Position numbers and translations under genes: made by a program
Assembly: GCA_963693365.1 (NCBI GenBank)
Contig: CAVNZM010000015.1
Coordinates: 4,967,502 to 5,031,501 of the forward strand
Length of the DNA stretch: 64,000 bases
Direction: 5' to 3'
Origin: Amoebidium appalachense
Lineage: Eukaryota; Protista; Ichthyosporea
Shown here: positions 58,506 to 64,000 of the stretch, in pieces
Numbering within the stretch: the stretch's first letter is position 1
Layout: each line of letters starts with the position of its first letter
Notes under the pieces: generated by a model
Told to the model about the DNA's origin: nothing
Seen by the model: the letters and a program-made list of their open reading frames with translations, nothing else
Databases searched by the model: none

Positions 58506-59328
58506 GTCTGGGGGACGGGGGAGGGAGGGAGGGCACATCATAGAGACGAGGAAACCGGGGCAATAGATTACGTACGGGTGTGAGTGTGAGTGTGAGTGAC
58601 TGTGTACGTGTGTGTGTGTTTGTGTGTGACACTGTGTGTGTGTGTGTGTGTGTGTGCGTGTGCGTGTTTTTAGGGGGGGGGGAGGAGGGGGCGGGGGGGG
58701 GGGGGGGGGGGGGGGGGGGGATGATTTGGGAAAGAACGATTGCCATTCTTCAAGACTTAAAGCTTGAGTCTACATATGTATATCATACTCGTGGCTGTTG
58801 AACTCCTGCTTTATTGGTTCCACGGCGCGGGATGCCTCAAGCGTGTCACTGTTGCAGGGGCACAGGGAGAGTATGGATTGAAATACATGTCGATTCGGAA
58901 GGCCTTGTCGATCCTCAGGCCTAGGTTTGCACTTGCTTAAAGACGTGAGTGACAATAAAATGCCATTTCATGTGCATATTCACATAATATACCACGGGGC
59001 ATTTCCTTATTATAATAACCCCGGGCCGGGGGGTGGGGGGGGGTGTGGGGGTGGGGGTGGAAGGAGGGGTGGTGGTGGTGGTGGTGGTGGTACTACTAAT
59101 ATAGTGGTGGTGGGGGGGGGGGGGGTGGGTTTGGGGGCCCGGGGGGGGTGGGTTTGGGGGGCCCGGGGGGGGGGGGGGGGAGGGGGGGGGGGGGTGTCGT
59201 CAAAAACATAACAAAAAAGAGAATCCAACAACCGAAAAAATAAGTGACATCTAAACCACCCCTCCCCCCCCCCTCTCCGCCCACCCAAGCCTAAGAATAA
59301 CGGATACCGCTAAGCAACTACCTACTCC

Positions 59329-59363
<35 letters not shown>

Positions 59364-60394
59364 TTCTCCCCCCGGGCCTTACACGCAGGCACACACGGAT
59401 GCATGAACGTACGCATTGTGACACACGCACACACACAGGGAGTCTCATAGAGGGGAGAAGCCACATGCATGTGCCCCCAGCTGCCAGAACCACTACTGCT
59501 TGGAGTACCCGTTTGCGTGCTGAGATCAGTGTTTTGAAGTCTTACTTGAATTGACTACCCGGCGCAGACCTCACAAAATCGGCCTCTTTGCATAAAAATA
59601 GAAGTGCCCTCCCCCCTCCCTCTCCCCGGAACACCACCCAACCCATAGCCAAATAAAATTAAGACTATTATGGCTATGGTCACTCAGAAACTTGAATGAA
59701 TAGCCCCTATTTTCCAAGTGGGCCATGAACAACTGTACTTTAGTAATTTCAGCCAAGTTGAACCCGTGTAGGACCTGGTTTAAACTCCTTTTGCCAGACA
59801 CAGACAAGTTAACCTTTTTAAAAGTAGCGTGAAAGAGTTTGTGAGAATGTGAAATTCCCTGTCAGTGAGCTCAATGGTATACGCCGACCGGTTCCCAACT
59901 ACATTTTTTTATATTGAATTACTCCTAATTTTTTTTCTCATTGACAACTGATCAAAACTGTTACTTACAATCTTAACCGTACTTGAGTCCCCCTCAGAGT
60001 CTTGCTAGTACCCATTTTCGGATCCACCTCCCTCACCCCTTCCATCCCCATACAACAAGTGTATAAAGAGAAACGCATTTTTCTGAGTCACTGTCGTATT
60101 CAAGGCAAGGGTCAACAATTCAAGGCAAGAGTCAACAATTCATGATCAGAGCCAGCCTGCTTCATGAACAATTTATTTATGACATGACAAACCCCGGATG
60201 CCCCGGCCTTATGAAGGTCAGTTATCGTATGCAGACAGTCTACTAGTAATTTCAAGACTTAAGCTTGGTAACACTAGTATTAATACGTTGCCATGAATAT
60301 GATCACCTAGTCACACAGTGAGCCGGGTCCCGACCCTTCGCGTGGTGCATATGTATACGTACAATATTGACGTTAACGTTGGCCGAGTAAACTT

Positions 60395-60877
60395 TCAGAG
60401 AAAGGGGACCACGAATTGTTCATATACCCGCTTTTCCACCTTTTCGTATGATTCGCCTGCCTCTGCATCCGCACAGGCCCTTTTGCCGCTGGCCGGATAG
60501 TTCCCAAATGCATAACACGCCCCAACGATTATCTCCCCGGTGGGCAGCTTCTCGCCGTATTTGGCGCGGCACGAGTTAGTGGGCCCGTCCCGGCCGTCAC
60601 ACTCATCACAATTGAGGTAAAGGAAGCCACCAGCACACATGCCCGTCCACGCCGTGCCGTGGTACTCGATGCCTTCTTGCTCGTCCTCGTTACGGCTATG
60701 ACCGGCCGCCACCCACTGGGTGGTGTCCTGAACGCACCTGGCGACATTGCGGCACCCGAACTCGTGGACCGATGGGTCGCAGCGATAGCACTTGTTCATA
60801 CACTCGCCGCAGCCGGCCGCGGACGCAACAGCCGTCAAGGCCGCCAGTGCAGCAAGAGTCTTGATTAGAGCAGACAT
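60395..60877 (-). CDS. Secreted cysteine-rich protein, 160 aa, intronless
   Basis: Signal peptide MSALIKTLAALAALTAVASA, 12 Cys, GC-rich codon usage, TATAAA about 85 nt upstream and AATAAA downstream (about 60175). Confidence 0.75.
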   Translation of the reverse strand: MSALIKTLAALAALTAVASAAGCGECMNKCYRCDPSVHEFGCRNVARCVQDTTQWVAAGHSRNEDEQEGIEYHGTAWTGMCAGGFLYLNCDECDGRDGPTNSCRAKYGEKLPTGEIIVGACYAFGNYPASGKRACADAEAGESYEKVEKRVYEQFVVPFL

Positions 60878-61604
60878 GTTCAAGGTTGAGGACGATAGTA
60901 TACAGACACTCCCACAGTGTAGAAGAAATGTTTGTGCTGACTCCACGTTCTTTTGCGGCTTTATATCCTCGCTGGCAGGGTTGTAACGCTCGTTCGTTGT
61001 TAGTTGTATTTGGATAAAACCCGGGAATTATGACCCCCTTGACAAGTTGGGCCCATACGTACACCGTCATGCCACAGTGAAAGGCTACCGAATTTTACTG
61101 TGCTTGACTTCATCCTTACATATATAACTCTGGCGAGTTTCTACTTTTCCAAAAGTGTATGGATTATCTGGACAAAAATGTAAAACAGTCTCAGAATGCT
61201 GACTAAGGTGTACCTAGAGAAAAACAAGGGGGGGGGGGGAAGAAAAAAAACAAACAAACAAAAAAAAAACTTCATATCTCCACATATGATGTGTGTCTGA
61301 TACGTTATATGCCCCCCAGTTGAATTCGTAAATACGGCAAAGTTCGTAATTCCGAATCAAATTCCGACCTCTATTCTTTTTTAGCCGTGTGGAATCCGAC
61401 TGGATCCGGAATGCCTGTCTATCGCACGGCCTCAAACAAACGCTCACACTCCGTTTGAAACCTTTAAACTGTAACAAATAGCATATGTATATCGATCAGG
61501 AAATGCACACAATATCTAAAAGTGCTTTATTTGGCACGTTTATATTTGGCACGTTTATATATTTGTTGTAATTTAAAACTATTATTAGAATCACAATGGT
61601 ATGT

Positions 61605-61727
61605 ATGTATGTAGCCTGTGTCACAAAGCTTAAACTGAAAGTTTATTCTGCTTTAAACTTCAGAACATTCCTGGGCAAAAAGCAGGATAAACTTTCAGTT
61701 TAACTTTGTGACGCAGACTACGTACAT
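61605..61727. repeat. ~120-bp foldback (about 48-bp arms): a tiny MITE or an RNA hairpin
   Basis: ATGTATGTAGCCTGTGTCACAAAGCTTAAACTGAAAGTTTATTCTGCTTT pairs with AAAGCAGGATAAACTTTCAGTTTAACTTTGTGACGCAGACTACGTACAT. Confidence 0.75.
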
Positions 61728-63182
61728 TTGGCCAGGGGTGCGGCGACTTGACTCCGTGTCGCTGACTTGAGTCAACTCAATTCAGACCATCACGCGTGAC
61801 TCAGGGGTGACTTTGGGGGGAGGGGGGGGGGGGGGGGGGGGGGGGGGACTCAACAGGGCCGCCGAGTCGACCCCCGGCTTAGGGACCATTATGGGGGGGG
61901 CCCGGGGGCCCGAATAGCCCAAAATGTACACCAAAAAATAACAAGTCACCTAAAGTCGCGCATTGAGTCTGATCGAGCCTGAGGTAGAATATGTCAAGTC
62001 AAGTACAGACCAGTTAGATTGAGAATCTCAATGTGTTTGCTTCGCTCTAGGGAGATCCAGCCAGCCGAACTGGCGAAATGAAGGGCTGATTGAGAGTTCG
62101 GCGGTCATATACCAAATCCTACTTATAATGCTTAAAAATATTTGAATAGAAAAGGGGGTTTGCTCCATTAATAAATAATTTGATAAACAAAGCGACAGGC
62201 AATTTTTGTATAAGCAACATGGGGTTTCCGGCGCCTATTTCGTAGCGAACACAGGCAAAAACCATAATTTCATCACAGACGATCGACCTCGAGGCAAGGT
62301 GGTAAGAGCCTATGCATGCAAGAAGGGGTTTGATGATTTTAGCGATGTAGGCGTTGTCGGAGTACCCCGACTGCTTATTCCATTTTTGCGCGTCTTTTTA
62401 TTTCCTAAAACGTTTTCTTATGGACGAAAACCAACTTCTTAAGTAAAATCGGGGCCTAACTGCTTTTGAGAGGCTGTCGGTCTGAGATTTTGGCCTGTCA
62501 CTGCTACTTTTGGCGCAACCAATCACAAGTTTCGAATTGTTTGAGGCATGAAGGGGAAAAAACAAACCTATCAACCCGCAGTTAGATACATAATTACTCT
62601 ACCTGTATGGTGGCCATAAACATATTCACCGACACGTCGTTAATAAACAGCACATTCCCGCCAAACATATTGGTAACTTTTCGATAAAGCCTAATAAACC
62701 CATGGCATAATGGGCTAAGTGACTGTTAGAGCGTGCCCTCGATAAAATATTACTTCTGGTATGCAAACATTATGAAACAGGAATGTGCATATGGGCAGTG
62801 GGCTTAACCCAGGGCTTGAAAAGAGGTAATGGCATATAACTCATATCATATGGCAGGCAACAATTAACCAGTCCCCGAAGGCAAGATGATGGTGTGTTCC
62901 AGGCGCCATCCCAGGCATCAATTACCCTTACTAGTGCCATATCCCAGGCAACTATGTTAATTTTTTTTTACATGCACATTCTTCTGTAACAGATCTAATA
63001 TTAGCATAGACATTGTAAGCAATAAAAATACTTGAAATATACATTTAATAACGAACAGTGTTTGTTTATCATCACATTTGATAATGCATGTGGCGTCCGT
63101 AATATGCCTTGAAATTGTTTGTTAACTGAATCATCATTACATTTAATAACGAACATAAGTTGTTTACCATCACATTTCATAA

Positions 63183-63743
63183 CCCCAGTGCTGGAAGGGC
63201 GACGTTCAAAGTTACCCTACTCGTATACCGGGAATTTTTGGGAAAATCGCTCAATCAGTAAGGGTGACGTTCAATGTTACCCATCTTCTCTAGACTGAAG
63301 AACAAGGGTTTTGTACCTTTATAATCATCGTATGGAGCTGACAATTTCCATGTAGACAGTAAATACACTACTTTATCAAAGCGCAGCAAGAAAACACAGT
63401 GTTTTATATGATAATATTGCTCTGTGACAGCTTCATCATGGCATCATCCGCCAGATGATGCACAGCCGCCGCCGCCCAAAATCACCGTGCACTAAAATAT
63501 TTGATGGGTAACATTACCTTCCTTTAGTAACGTTGGCAAACCTCGCTACCCCTTCATGATCGCTCATAGTAAACATCAACAAAATAGACATAAATACTCA
63601 AAATAAAATATATGGCGCCGCTCCTCATTATGAAAGGTAACTTTTCTATTAATTGATTAATCCTTAGCGCTTCGGCAAAAAAAGTTCTGAGCTCCACAAA
63701 AATGGGTAACTTAATGAAAGTTACCCTTCCAAAAGCACTGGGG
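63183..63743. mobile_element. MITE with imperfect CCCCAGTGCT TIRs and an ATAA duplication (piggyBac-like)
   Basis: CCCCAGTGCTGGAAGGG...GTTACCC on the left matches GGGTAAC...CCCTTCCAAAAGCACTGGGG on the right. ATAA flanks both ends, and GGGTAAC/GTTACCC subrepeats occur inside. Confidence 0.7.
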
Positions 63744-64000
63744 ATAAGTTAAAAGTCCGTTGCGATTGTTTGCTTACGATTATGTGGATAATTATAAGGG
63801 TGTCCACGCAATAAAAAGTTGTGTAAACCCCCTTATAAACTAGGGGCCCTGCTCTCCAGTCAGCAGGCTAAGGCAGTTCTAATATGGTAAGTTGTGAATT
63901 CGAGTGATCGGCCCAGACTCAATCTAAGAAACGCATTCCCGTGCCGGCTGCCGAAAGTATCTTGTGTCTAGACCCGCTTGTGATTGGCTCCGTGACTCTG

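Noticed and set aside
61731-62005. GACTC/GAGTC-rich segment starting CAGGGGTG, a possible hAT MITE
   Set aside because: No convincing matching TIR or TSD could be identified.

Overview
Eukaryotic, very intron-rich genomic DNA whose introns are filled with (CA/TG)n and poly-G/poly-C tracts. A unicellular opisthokont source is plausible but is only an inference. I reconstructed the genes by hand from splice sites and reading frame. They are: DNA topoisomerase II (31 exons in the window, minus strand, running off the left edge); a 90-aa hydrophilic 2-exon gene; a 16-exon mitochondrially targeted PPR gene; a 6-exon coiled-coil gene; a 4-exon Sho1-like tetraspan gene without SH3; and an intronless secreted Cys-rich gene. 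The mobile DNA comprises an APE-RT LINE with one nonsense codon, an internally deleted, intron-containing THAP/P-element with 29-bp TIRs and a 7-bp TSD, and several MITEs. The most interesting signal is a dispersed structured RNA element (core about 160-170 nt, six copies or fragments). It shows compensatory base changes, every intronic copy is sense to its host gene, and it carries all three hammerhead-ribozyme core segments (NUH, CGAAA, CUGANGA) in a reversed, necessarily pseudoknotted order. Catalytic activity is untested.
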